A stretch of 64,000 bases of DNA from Lama glama (GCA_028534125.1 CM052816.1:24926001-24990000); one strand, 5' to 3'. Positions 12,135 through 25,741 are shown, numbered from the stretch's first letter. The notes: generated from the sequence alone by a model not told the origin. A program made the numbers and translations.

Positions 12135-13450
12135 ATTCAGTGTCTTTAATAGTTAGAAAACTACTTAGGTTATCTAGTTCATTGTGCGTGAATTTTAATA
12201 GCTTGTGGTTTTTGAAGAACTGGGCCATTTTACAAGTTGTCAGAGTATTGTGAGTAGAGTGAGTTGTACATTTTATTCTCTTATTATTAATGTCTGTGAG
12301 ATTTTCAATAATATTCCCTCTTCTATTCCTGATACTATTTATTTATGTCTTTTCTCTCTTCTTTGTCTGTCTTGCTAGAGGTTTGTCAATTTCATTGCGC
12401 TTTTCTAAGAACCAGTTTTTTGATTTCATTGATTTTCACTGTTGTTTTTATGTTTTCAAATTCATTGATTGCTGATTTTATTTTTGTATTTCTCCTCTTC
12501 TGCTTGCTTTGGGTTTATTTTGATTTTGTTTTTCTAGTTTCTTAAGGTAAGAGTTTATGAGTTGAGACCTTTCTTCTAATATTAGCATTAAATGTTATAA
12601 ACTTTCTACAAGCACTGCTTTTACTGTATCACACAAATTTTGATAGTGAATTTTCACCTTCCTGCAGCTTCAGAATATTTTCTAATTTGTCTTAAGACCT
12701 GTTGTTTGACCATGAATTGTTTGGGTATTTCCTCTTGTTTTTCTGTTGTTGATTTCTAGTTTAATTCCATTATAGTCAGAGAACATACTTTGCATGATTT
12801 CAATTCTTTTAAATTGGTAAGTTTTGTCTTGTAACCCAGGACAAGCCAAAGGTTTGTTTCATATTTATCCAGATGAATCTTCTTTTTTTAATATATTTTT
12901 ATTGAAATATAGTCAGTTTACAATGTTGTGTCAATTTCTGGTGTACAGCACAGTACTTCAGTCATATAGGGACACACATATATTCATTTTCATATTCTTT
13001 TTCACCATAAATTACTCAAAAGATATTGTATAGTTCCCTGTGCTATATAGTATAAACTTACTGTTTATCTGTTTTATATATATTAGTTAGCATCTGCAAA
13101 TCTCGAACTCCCAATTTATCCCTTCCCACCCCCTTCCTCCCTGGTAACTATAAGTTTGTTTTCTATGTCTGTGAATCTTTATTATCTGGATGAATTTTCA
13201 ATGTGCTTTTGAAAAAAAATTTTTGTTATGATTGGATGTAGTATTCTATAAATGGCAACTAGATACATTTGGTATATGGTATGTTCTTAGTTCTTCTATA
13301 TGTTTATTGAGTTACTGTTTACTAGTTATATTTATTATTGAGAGTATTGAGGCCTCCAACTATTTGTGTGGATTTAGCTATTTTTCCTGTCAGTTATGTC
13401 AGATTTTGCTTCTTGTATTCTGAAACTCTGTTGTTAAATGCATGAACATC
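12135..13450 (-). mobile_element. Old L1 ORF2 fragment, interrupted by a younger L1 at 12879-13181
   Basis: TCTTGCTAGAGGTTTGTCAATTTCATTG...TTCTAAGAACCAG and TTTCTAGTTTAATTCCATTATAGTCAGAGAACATACTTTGCATGATTTCAATTCTTTT are antisense L1 ORF2. The element resumes after 13195. Confidence 0.8.
12879..13181 (-). mobile_element. Camelid-type L1 3' end with 14-bp TSD
   Basis: TTTTTATTGAAATATAGTCAGTTTACAATGTTGTGTCAATTTCTGGTGTACAGC...; flanked by TTATCCAGATGAAT (12865-12878) and TTATCTGGATGAAT (13182-13195). Confidence 0.9.
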
Positions 13451-13829
13451 CATTATTGAGAAATAGGATTTTCATTACATGAACAAGGCTATTAGAAAAA
13501 GAAGATAAGGAGTGAGGGATTTGTATTATAATTCAAGACAATATATTGCATATAAGACTTACTAGAGATGAAAAGCTTACAGTTTTTGGAAAAAGCTTAA
13601 AAGTTAAAGAAACAACCAAATTATAATTTGTGAAACAGTTCAGATCTGAGCAGGTCTGATCTCTTTTCAATATGTCATAATGAGGAGCCATATGAAATAT
13701 TCCAGGAGTTACAAAGAACCAGAAAACTGATTTTGCCACTTAGAGAAGATAATTACAGTTTAAAAAAATGATTCTTTGCAAACTAGATTGTAAATGAGAA
13801 TGTCATGAACTCAGCCCTAAGTAGCTTGC

Positions 13830-15922
13830 TTTGCAAGACTATTAAAAGTACAAAGCTGAACGGATTGAAAAACCAACCATTCTTCTTGGGCCTAAAAGAC
13901 GGGAGGACACAGGGTAAACAGTTGCACCCAAGACTGGTGAGGGAGACGAGTGAATACAGAGTCTTGGCATACCAGAGCAGAGACTCATGAGTAGAAAGCA
14001 GTGTCAGGATAGAAATAACTGGATAACTGAACTGTAATTGATGAATTGCTGGAGGCCCAATATGAGCAACTCCGAGAGCTAAAAACTCCAGAGGGATCCA
14101 GTCATAGGGGGGCCTTCACCATACTGTACTCCGTACTCCAGGAGCTCAAGCAGTTTCCTACAGTAAATATCAGAGAAAAATCTCCTCTCACTCTGCCAAA
14201 GGGAGGTGAAAAGGAGCCATTTTCAAATACTTGAGAGCTCACTGTTCTTAATGAGACCTGCTCTTAGGAGAAACTAGGTAACCAAGAGCCTAACCTACTA
14301 GGGTATTATCATATCATAAATGACTTGGAGAAAGGGAAATACCTAACTCTAGCCCACTGTTACTATCCTATCCCACTTTTCCTTCCAGTGGGAGGAAAAA
14401 ACTCTGAGAAATACTTGTGAAGTTCACAGTCCAGAAGCAAAGGTTCACTAAAACACTAACACCTAATTATTGGATTGTAGGACAATTTCTCTTCCCCTAC
14501 ACCTCACTATCACATTATTAAAGTCCTATTTATAGCATTTCCTTTTGCCTAAGACATCATGTCTGGTTATCAAAAAATTACAAGGTACACCAAAAGGCAA
14601 AAAAACACAATTTGAAGACACAGATAAGCATCAGAACCAGACATGGCAGGAGTGTTGAAATTATCATACTGGGAATTTAAAACAACTGTAATTAATACAA
14701 TAAGAGTTCTGATGGCCCACGTAGTCACATGCAAGAACATGTGGGCAATGTAAACAGAGACATGCAAATTCTAAGAAAGAACCAAAAGAACTGATAGAGA
14801 TCTCAAGAATTATAAATGAAATGAAGAATATTCTTAATTTCTATAAAGAAATAAAGAATGCCTTTGATGGGCTTATTGGTAGGTTGGACATGACTGAGGA
14901 AAGAATCTCTGGTCTGGAGGATATATCAGTAGACTCTTCAGAAACTTAAGAGCAAAGAGACAAACACTAAAAGCCAGAACAGAATATACAAAGACCATGG
15001 GACAATTAAAAAAGGTCTAACATACATTTAATGGGAAAACCAGAAGAAGAAAGGGAGCAAGGAACAGAAGAAATATTTGAAACAAGAATGACTGAGAATT
15101 TCCTCAAATTAATGTCAAACACCAAACCATAGATCCAGGAAATTCAGAGAATAAGCAGGATAAATGTCCAACAAATAAACAGATAAGCAAACAACCTCCC
15201 CAAACTACCCATAGGTATATAATTTTCAAGCTACAGAAAATCAAAAGTAAAGAAAAAAATCCTGAAAGAAGCCAGAAGATGAAAACACCTTACTTACAGG
15301 GGACCAAAGATAAGAATTAATGACTTCTCAGAAACCATCCAAGCAAGAAGAGAGAGGACTAAATGAAATGTTGGGAGAAAAAGCCAACGACTTAGAATTC
15401 TGTACCCTGCAAAATTACCCTTCAAAAGTGAAGGAGAAACAGACTTTGTCAGACAAACAAAAATTGAGGGAATTTGTTGTAGCAGGCCTGCCTTACAAGA
15501 AATATTAAAAGAAGTTCTTTAGAGAGAAGAAAAATAATACAGGTCAGAAACTCAGCTCTGTATAAACTAAGGAAGAACATTAAAAAAAGAATAAGTGAAG
15601 GTAAAATAAAAACTTTCAGTTTTTTTACTCTTTAATTGATCTAACATAATACTTTGTTGAAAATAATAATACCAACACTGTATTTGATTATGTATGCCTA
15701 TAAATATTTATATTTGATTAAATATATATGTATATATATATAATGCCTATGTATACTTTTATATAAGTCAAAGGAATGACAGCAGTGATACAAGGTAAAG
15801 GAGAAATTAGAAATATTTTATTATTATAAGGTACTCGTACTACCCACTAAGTGGTATAGTGTTACTTGAAAGTGGACTTGGATTAGTTGTAAATGTATAC
15901 TGTAAACTCTAGAGCAACTGCT

Positions 15923-15961
<39 letters not shown>

Positions 15962-17010
15962 CTGGTACACTAAGAAAGGAGAGAAACTGGAATCATGAAG
16001 TATTTAATTAAAACCACAAAAGGCAGAAAAGGAGTAGAAGGCAACAAAAAGAAACAAAGAATAAGGGCAACAAGTAGAAAGCAATAATGAATATGGTAGA
16101 TAGTAATCGAACTATATTAATAATCACTCAAAGCATCAGTGGTCTAAATGCACCAATGAAAACACCAAGATTGTCAGAATGGATCCAACACGATACCCAA
16201 CTATATATTGTCTTCAAGAAATCCACTCTAAATATAAAGACACATATGGACTAAAAGTTAATAGGTGGAGAAAAATATATGGTAATAATAATCAAAAGAA
16301 AGCAAGAGCAGGTATACTGATTTCAGACAGAGACTTCAAAGCAAGGAAAGTTACCAGGGATAAAGAGGGACATTATGAAATGATAAAGAGGTCCATTCTC
16401 CACAACACTTAATGTGTGTATGCTTAATAACGTAGAGTCAAACTACAGAACATAAAAAAATGACATAGTGGCAAAGAGAAATAGATATCCACTATAATAG
16501 TTGAGAACTTCAACAGTTCTCTATCAGAAATGGACAGATCTAGCAGGCAGAGTATCAAAGGACATGGTTGAACTCAACCATTTAATCAGGTGCATATAAT
16601 TGACATCTGTAGCACTGCAGTGAATACACCATCTTCTTGAGCTCAAATGGAACATTCAACAATATAGACCACATTCTGGGCCTTAAAACATACCTTAAAA
16701 ATGTTAGAAGAATAGAAATCATGTAATTTTTGATCTCAGACCACAGTGGAGTTAAACTGGAAAATTTCCACATACATGGAGATTAAACAGTACATTTCTG
16801 AGTAACAAATGAATCAAAGAAAACTTTCAAGAGAAATTTAAAAATATTTTGAATTGAATAAAAATGAAAACATCAAAATTTGTGAGATACAGTGAAAGCA
16901 GTGTGTAGAGGGAAACTGATTACATTAAATGCATATAGTAGAAAGGTTTCCATCTTAGGTAGCTAGAATAAAAAAGCAAATTAAATCTAAGATAGGCAGA
17001 AGAGAAATAA
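13830..17010 (+). mobile_element. Old L1 (L1MC/L1MD-like) 5' half: 5' UTR, degraded ORF1, inter-ORF region and ORF2 endonuclease
   Basis: ORF1 remnants (GAAATATTTGAAAC...ACTGAGAATTTCCTCAAATTAATG; LEFCTLQNYPSKVKEK). ORF2 EN peptide PTIYCLQEIHSKYKDTYGLKVNRWRKIY at 16179-16412. Many stops and frameshifts. Confidence 0.9.
15927..15960. repeat. (TA)17 microsatellite inside L1
   Basis: Perfect TA run. Confidence 0.95.
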
Positions 17011-20000
17011 AACTTCAAATAGTAATTGCAAATAACTGAATGCTATTTTAATACCCTACTAGTTCAAAAGGAAAATGGCAAACCTCTATTTGTCTATTTA
17101 TCTTTACAAAATAAAATATATTTACATATTTTCATGTACTTGCAATTTTCATTCTTCAAAAATTAAGTTTGTAAATATTTTCATATGTGCTTAATTTTCG
17201 TGAGCTTGGAAAAACCAAAGTATAAAATTTAGCTAGCACCTTTAGTTTTTATTTTCATTATGCTGTATGTTAATTTTCTTACCATAAAATTTAACTCACC
17301 AATAAATTATATTGACATTGCCCAGATGTCCAAAATTGGTAAAGTTTTAGTTTTATTTGCAGACTGTTAAGTAGAAAGTAAATATTTTTTACTTCTCTAA
17401 ATTTAAATAATTCCTTCTTTATATCAGGACTTATTTATCCTGTGGATTTAGAATTTAGATAATCTCTTATACTTATAATGTGTTCATGGAGGTGAACAAG
17501 ACACATCCAAAAGTATTAAATTTGTAAAAAATTTGCTGAAAAAAAAATTTGCTAAAATGCATATGCAGTAATATATAATAATAAGTATACTATTTAGATA
17601 TGCTAACTAAAATTTGCATATCTGAAATATCACAATGTCCTCCATCTTTCAAATCTCAGCTTAGATCATTTTGCCGTGAAATTTCTCTGATCTGCTATTA
17701 TGGCTATCAGTTAAAGCACACAACACAAACAGAGGGAAAGAAGTAAATAAAATAAATAATACAATACTAAAAGTGTTCAATAAAGAAATAAAACAGTCAT
17801 TTATTATTACAAAACTATCTGGTACAATCCTACAATAAATTGCTCTCAGGTACAGGAATTAAATACACAAAAACCAGAAAGAGAAAGACATGAAAAACCA
17901 CACCAAATCATAGCATACATAATACTCTTCAAAGCCCTAAGTGTTCTACCCTTTTCTTAACTCCATTAGATTTTGTTTGGAAATTATATAATGGCTGACA
18001 TAAAAATTTTTCTTTTCACTTGGGTATAAGTTAATTCCTGAATATACCATATGCATCACAATATTATTTTAATCACAGTATTATCTCTAAATCTTTTTAG
18101 TGTTTTCCAGAGTATATTAGTTCTCTGTGTAAAGCAAATATTGTTTTTGGATAGATGGAGAATACTTACTTTTCTCAATAGAAGCGTTATACTAGAGTGA
18201 GGTCACATTAAAGAATGATGTTTACTTGAAATACTGAGAGAGATATGTTAAACATCAAACTTTTAGGGAATGTAAATTTGGTAAGATAAATTTTTAGACA
18301 AGTTGACCAACTTTTCCAAGAGTTTAGATATAGAGACATAATAATACAAATTGAAGCACAAAGTTAAATTTCTTGATCAAATCCTCACAAATACCTTGAC
18401 AGCTAAAATAATCTTGAATGACCAACTGTTTCACTTAACATGGACAAATAGTTTTTGTTAACAAAATTTATCTGATGTAAGAGATTGCACATCAGTTAAT
18501 CAGGTTAAAGAAGTCTTTTGGTCATGTAATGCTTTTATTAAGTTATTAATTTAATGATTTCTGAAAGTTTTCATAGTATACATTACTAGTATACATTAGT
18601 GTAAATTAATATTGTTTTTCTACTGTGCAGAATTAAACAGCCATAGTCTTTTCATTGAGAAAAAAGTTGAGTGTGTTGTTATTGGGTTTTTTTGTGTTTT
18701 CATTCACATATCCAGCATATACATCAACTGTGATTGTATCTATATATTTATCCCAGAAAAATAAAAGTGACCAAAAGTTGAATCTTATGTTATTGGCTTA
18801 TTCATTGTAAATTTTGGGTTTTGGCTTGGTCCCCGTTGTTGAGTATACAGAAATGCAAAAACTCTGTTTGAGAATCACTCTGATTTAAGTAGACTAGAAA
18901 CAACAAACTTCTGACTAACTTGTCAGTTATAAGTTGTCTTTCTTTGCCTTTCTTTGCCTAGAACATAGGTTTTTAAAATTGAAATGTATAAGTATGCTTT
19001 AGTTGATTTCTTCAATATGTTTGCTGAAGTTAGATTACAAAACTTTAGAATTATGTGACAATTTCATAATTTATAGGAAACAATTTTCAGTGGATTTAAA
19101 AGGCTTTTATTTGGACAAATCTCTCTGACCATTTGAAAATTAGTATCTCAATGTGTGAATAGAGTATATGCTATATGTGCCACAAATAACAGCATAACTT
19201 GTATGTACTTACTGATGAACTATTTATTTTTATGCAGAAAGAATCAGTATATCTTCCACCACCTAATTTATAGAAAAATGTCATGCTATGGCAGAAGCAG
19301 ATCTCCCCAAGGATAGTGATATTTATGTTAAATTTGTAAATTTATGTAAACACTAATGTTATCTTCCTCAAGGAGAAGTTTATCTACACAATGTCCAAAT
19401 ATTTTGATAAAAATAGATAAATTCAGTTCATTATAAATTCACTCTAGCCATGGAGATGGCAGATATCTGGATACAGCAATAACTAGAAGTTTTAACACAG
19501 AGAACTTTCCTGTTGCTGGCATGGCTTTTTCAACACAGATAAACCCAAAAAGAATCAGAAATGTGTTTGAGAGAGAGAGGGAGAGAGCGTAAGTGCGAAC
19601 ATGGGTGTATCACGCACACAGTTAGAAAAAAAACCCAAAATATTCATGAATGGTAGTCCACGTTAATGAAATCTGAAAGAGCAAGCAAGAATTGGATTAC
19701 ATTCTCATATGTTGTGAAAGAGATCATGATGTCAGCTATTACACCAGTATAACAGTATTAAATGTTAAGCAATAGGTGATCATCCCTTTCCTGAACTGAA
19801 GGGATGGATCAATATCATAGAAAGTCTGTATATTTCTGTTTTTAATTCATAAAAAAATCAGAGTTTTTTTGGAGGGAGGGTGGTTGTACCCCATTTGGTC
19901 ACTGAGATGGCTAATATAATCTAGATTTCCTTTATTATTTTTGTTTTTACCTGGCAGGTAAGGGAGGATGTAGCCTTTAATCTAGTCAATTTTGCTTTTT

Positions 20001-23000
20001 ATGGAAAGCTCTTGACTTTTATCTTTTTCCAAATTCTGGGTTCCCAAAGCATTAGCATTGCCTTTTTTGGTACTGATTATTTCTTTTCCTTAATTTGCTT
20101 TCAGAAAGTTTGAAAAGTTCTAGGACCTCGGGGTAGGTGTGGCCTTAAGATTGCTTTAAAATACACACACAGATACACACACACAAAGAAGCAGATGAAA
20201 GTATGGCTTATACTTGATGCTTTGTAAACCACTGTTGAACAGATGGCAGTGGCTAAGATAATTCAATTATTGTGTAGTTAAAGACATGGACTTCATAGTG
20301 AGGCCCCTCAGCTGGGATGGCTAAAGTAATTCAAGAGTGCCCACAAGTAAAAGCCTTGGAAAGAGAGGGAGAATATGAAGGAGGAATAAACAGAAGACAG
20401 TGTAGAGACCACCATTTAAACAAATTAAGCTCCCAACCCTGTGATGAAATCTGTGTGCATCTAGCACACTGGGTGGGATTCATGGGATACAACAGGACAG
20501 TCTGCCAGCAACACTTGTGTTACACGAATTTCTTGAAGTTGGCAGAGGCTGCAGTATACTGAGGTGGTTTGGGGGCAATTTTACTGCTTGGTGTCTATAA
20601 GGGCTGGTTCTGCAGAAGATTAAATTTCTCATTTTGATGCTTTTCCTGCAAAGTTTAGATAAAGCCAAAGTCTCCACCTTCAGTGGCATTCACCATGTGC
20701 TTGGAGTCATGACCATATAACAGTGCTTGAATGGTGAGCATCAGGTGATCAGCCCTATCAGAATGGAAGTCTGTATATTTCTTAGATCATTATGTGCATG
20801 TACTTCATGTTTTCCATGAGAGTCCATGGGGGAGAAGAAAGATTCTGGGGCAAGATACATAAAATTTTGCTGCCCAAGAATTTTAATATACATACATCTA
20901 TATGTATAATACTTGATAAACTATATTCTAACATGCACATATTTCACATTTTAAGCTTTGGAATTGTAATGTGTCTTATTGTTAATGTGCATCCTTAATG
21001 TATGGTGTTTTCATTTTCCTCAGAAAAACTGGTATCTTGGAATCTCACAAATACAATGTGTGTAATTAGACATAGGGAAGTGCATTTCTACTCCCATTGT
21101 TGGGAAGGTGAGCAGAAGGAAACTTCTGCTGTAATTCATAATGATATCTAGTGTGTAGATTTTGCTGAGCTCAGGCGGTGAATGATTGCTCTTGTGCTGT
21201 TTCTTAGAAAAAATGTACTTCCTAGAGATTACAGGAAAGATAGAGAAGTTAGGAGAGAGTAGCTTATGAAGTCAGGTGATTCTCTGTAGGAGGACAGTCC
21301 TGCTCCTAACTGGGTCCTTCATTCCCCTGAATTATGTTATTGTAGACTCAGTTCCTCTGATTTGGATATGAACTATTTGGGATCACTGTGTGTTGTGGAT
21401 TACTTGGAGGGTGAATGGGCAGTTGTTATGAATGGGTATTGGTTCCTACGTGGAGTTGTGGTTTGTGCATTGATATTTGAAGGCGGAGTTCTTGAGATGG
21501 GAAGAAGACCAAGGACAAGGAAACTAGTCTAGAAGATTGTATGTCCTTAAAGGAACCCCCTGTAAAAGATAGAACATTTTAATGCTTTTTTCTTTATTTA
21601 TGGAAATAATTTTTTAATTACCTACATTTATATTTCATTTTAGTTGCATCTTTTCAGCAAAGTCTCATTTACTCCTGTTCATACATGTATGGTAGGTAGT
21701 GTTGGGAAGAATCAAAAAATGATGGGAGTGGAGATCTGGAAATAGCAGGAGAAGGAGGGAGAGGGGAAAGCAGCAAGGTGGTTCATGATTACTAGTGAGT
21801 GATTGTAGTGGAAGATTATGGTAGACCCTCCTAGCCTGAAAGGTCTTCAGAAAATAGCACTTCACCAACAGGATACGCAAATGAGATTCAAAGACATTGA
21901 GACATACTTGAAATTATCACCATTTAGTGGACTACTCAAGTCTCCAACTCTTAGAAACTTTGGTGTTTTGCTGGGTATTCTCTCATTCCCAACATTTATC
22001 CTGGTCTGTTCTTCAATCAGGTTTAATAGATTTCCTCATGTACCTGATATTTGAAAATATTATTTAAAATCCCTCAAACTTGGTTATCTACATTTAGATT
22101 TATGTATTATTTTATTAACACTGCCAAAAGACAAAATCTATAAAATTGTATACCAATTTGGAGACAAAATGTTATTCTGTAAGTATATGGAATCTCACCC
22201 ATGGCCAATTTAATTAAAAAAAAAACAAAACCCAAACCCCAGTAAGAAATTCATGTATCTGTTACAAAAACTCTTCCCACATGGTTCTGATGCATAATTA
22301 GGAAAGAGAATGGTTGATTTACTAAATTATGTTGAATAAATTAAAGATGTTCTAACCAAAAGATAAGTTATCTCCTAACAGGCTAGTCAATATTTTATAC
22401 TCACACGTAATATTAGACAAAAACGTACCTACTTAGAAAATGTAAAATGTCCTGGTATTTTGGTCCTTTAATTCATTCTGATCTGGGAAACTTAAAGTGT
22501 CCAGTCTTCACAGTTCAATGCAGAAGAAAGAGATAGTCAGAAGGATAGGTCAGGTCAATTACTTGAAATCTCTGTGAGCTACAGGCTTGACGGTTTTCTG
22601 CTTCCAAATTCAGTGTTTTTGTCCAGTACTTGTTTTTGCGTAAAAGAAACATTTGTTGATGTTGTTTCTGGTGTGTGTGTTTCATCTGCTATTAGTTTAT
22701 CTGGAATGACTTAAAGTTATTCAACCTCTAGAAATTTCTGAGATCTCTCACAAAATTTTAAAACCAGAACAGAGAGACTCACAAACCAAATTAACGCACT
22801 CAAATCATAGTTTATTTAATCAATTTCCAAAATGTAGCAAGAAGCAAAGACAAAGTTTTGGTATAGGCTTACACACTTCCAATAGTAGGATACATCTGGA
22901 AAGGAAGGAACACACTACCTGAATCCTGTGTTACACAGTGTTCACATGCCCATCTCTCTCTCTCCCTCCCTCTGCCTCATCAACCTTCTCTGCTGACAGG

Positions 23001-23500
23001 NNNNNNNNNNNNNNNNNNNNNNNNNNNNNNNNNNNNNNNNNNNNNNNNNNNNNNNNNNNNNNNNNNNNNNNNNNNNNNNNNNNNNNNNNNNNNNNNNNNN
23101 NNNNNNNNNNNNNNNNNNNNNNNNNNNNNNNNNNNNNNNNNNNNNNNNNNNNNNNNNNNNNNNNNNNNNNNNNNNNNNNNNNNNNNNNNNNNNNNNNNNN
23201 NNNNNNNNNNNNNNNNNNNNNNNNNNNNNNNNNNNNNNNNNNNNNNNNNNNNNNNNNNNNNNNNNNNNNNNNNNNNNNNNNNNNNNNNNNNNNNNNNNNN
23301 NNNNNNNNNNNNNNNNNNNNNNNNNNNNNNNNNNNNNNNNNNNNNNNNNNNNNNNNNNNNNNNNNNNNNNNNNNNNNNNNNNNNNNNNNNNNNNNNNNNN
23401 NNNNNNNNNNNNNNNNNNNNNNNNNNNNNNNNNNNNNNNNNNNNNNNNNNNNNNNNNNNNNNNNNNNNNNNNNNNNNNNNNNNNNNNNNNNNNNNNNNNN
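23001..23500. other. Assembly gap (500 N)
   Basis: Run of exactly 500 N. Confidence 0.99.
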
Positions 23501-23915
23501 CTTCAATCAGCTCTAGTAGTTTTTGTGTGGACCTTTTAGGGTTTTCTATATATAGTAACATGTCATTGGCATATAGTGACACTTTTACAAAACTCTTCTT
23601 TTCAATTTGGATCCCTTTTATTTCTCTCTCTTGCCTGATTGCTGTGGCTAGGACTTCCGGACTATGTTGAATAGGAGTGGTGATAGTGGGCATCCTTGTC
23701 TTGTCCCAGATTTTAGTGGAAAGCTTTTGAGTTTTTCACCATTGAGTACTATGCTGGCTGTAGGTTTGTCATGTATAGCTTTTATTATGTTGAGATATGT
23801 TCCCTCTATACCCACTTTGGCATGAGTTTTTATCATTAATGGGTGTTGAAGGTTATCAAATGCTTTTTCTGCATCAATTGAGATGATCATGTGGTTTTTG
23901 TCCTTTCTCTTGTTG
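23501..23915 (-). mobile_element. Young L1 ORF2 reverse-transcriptase fragment running into the gap
   Basis: [21 protein letters not shown]...[19 protein letters not shown], then [18 protein letters not shown]...[18 protein letters not shown] (RT motif region, with a frameshift). Confidence 0.95.
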
Positions 23916-24437
23916 ACTGAATATCTTTCTTTAGTATTTATTATAATACAAGTCTTCTAACAAATAAATTCACTTAGTTTTTTTTTTCAGTTCTGAAATG
24001 TCTTTATTTGTGCTTCATTGTTGAAGAATTATTTCACTTGAAATGGACATCTGGTTTGATAGTTTTGTCTTTGGGCATTTGGTAGATGTTTTTCCAGTGT
24101 CACCTAGCCTCACTTGCTTCTGATGATGTCAGTGGTTTTTGAATCATCGTTTCCTGTATGTGATGTGTTGTTTTCCTTTGACTGCTTACTAGGTTTTGTT
24201 TTTATCTTTGGTTTTAGCAGATTGACTGTAATGCACCTAAACATGGTTTTCTTTGTATTTATTCTACTTGGAATTTGCTGAGCATCTTGCATTTATATCT
24301 ATATCTTTCTCCAAACTGGGGAAAATTTAGCCAACAGTTTTTCAAAAATTTTTTTCTCTCTCATCTTTTCCTGTAACTCCAGTTACATTTATGATTAATT
24401 TCTGTTATTATCCCATAGATTCTTGAGGTTCTTCTCA
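23916..24437 (-). mobile_element. Old L1 ORF1 fragment
   Basis: Peptide QDAQQIPSRINTKKTMFRCITVNLLKPK matches the L1 ORF1 RRM/CTD region. Confidence 0.75.
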
Positions 24438-25741
24438 TTTTTTTGTATATGTATATTTTTATTGAAGTATAGTCAGTTTACAGTGTTGTCAATTTCTGGT
24501 GTACAGCACAATGCTTCAGTCATACATATACATACATATATTCCTTTTCATATTCCTTTCATCATAAGTTACTGCAACATATTGAATATAGTTCCCTGGG
24601 CTGTACAGCATGAACTTGTGGTTTATTTTATATTTATATTAGTATCTGAAAATCTCAAACTCCCAGTTTATCCCATCCCACCCCCTGCTCTCTCTGGTAA
24701 CCATAAGTTTGTTTTCTATGCCTGTGAGTCTGTTTCTGTTTTGTAAATAAGTCTGTTTGTCTTTTTTATTTTTATATTTCACATGTGAGTGATATCATAT
24801 GGTATTTTTCTTTCTCTTTCTGACTTGCTTCACTTAGAATGATGATCTCTAGGCCCATCTATGGTGCTGCAAATAGCATTATTTTATTCTTTTTTATGGC
24901 TGAATAGTATTCCATTGTATAAATATATCACATCTTCTTTATCCAGTCATCTGTTGATGGACATTTAGGTTGTTTCCATGTCTTGGCTATTGTAGATAGT
25001 GCTGCTGTGAACTTTGGGGTGCATATGTCTTTTTGAATTAAGGTTCCCTCTGGATATATGACCAGGAGTGGAATTACTGGATCATATGGTAAGTCTATTT
25101 TTAGTCTTTAGAGAAATCTCCATACTGTTTTCCATAATGGCTGCACCAAACTACATTCCCACCAACAGTGTAGGAGGCTTCCTTTTTCTTCACACCCTCG
25201 CCAGCATTTATTGTTTGTGGACTTTTGTATCATGGCCATTCTCACTGGTGTGAGGTGATACCTCATTGTAGTTTTGATTTGCATTTCTCTTGATAATTAC
25301 AGATATTGAGCATTTTTTCATGTGCCTATTGGCCATTTGTAGGTCTTCATTGGAGAATTGCTTGTTTAGGTCTTCTGCCCTTTTTTCAAAGATTTTTTTT
25401 TTTTTTGAAGAGGAGGTAATTAGGTTAATTAATTAATTAATTATTATTATTTATTTATTTGATGGAGGCTCTGTGGATTGAATCCTTGACCTCCTGCATG
25501 TTAAGCATGTGCTCTACCATTGAGTTATACCCTCCCCCACTTCTGCCAATTTTTGGATTGGGTTTTTTGGTTTTTTTATTATAAAGTTGTATGAGCTATT
25601 TATATATTCTGGAAATTAAGCCCTTGTCAGTTTCATCTTCTCAAATATTTCAAATGGGAGCAAATATTTTCTCCCATTCTACAGATTATCTTCTTGTTTT
25701 GCTTGTGGTTTCCTTTGCTGTGCAAGACCTTATAAGTTTAA
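24438..25741 (-). mobile_element. Camelid-type L1 3' end (ORF2 C-terminus and 3' UTR), interrupted by a SINE
   Basis: T tail, TTTTTATTGAAGTATAGTCAGTTTACA, CCAGTCATCTGTTGATGGACATTTAGGTTG, TACATTCCCACCAACAGTGTAGGAGG, TGATTTGCATTTCTCT. Confidence 0.95.
25387..25539 (-). mobile_element. Vic-1-type tRNA-Ala-derived camelid SINE with AACCTAATTACCTCC tail
   Basis: Minus strand GGGGGAGGGTATAACTCAATGGTAGAGCACATGCTTAACATGCAGGAGGTCAAGGATTCAATCCACAGAGCCTCC followed by an A-rich tail. TSD CTTCTGCC(CT/AA)TTTT on both sides. Confidence 0.9.

Noticed and set aside
22931..23693. Long ORFs of 191-237 aa (and the 212-246 aa ORFs at 43875-44628)
   Set aside because: Their length comes from reading through N gaps. 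The only real coding parts are L1 ORF2 fragments.
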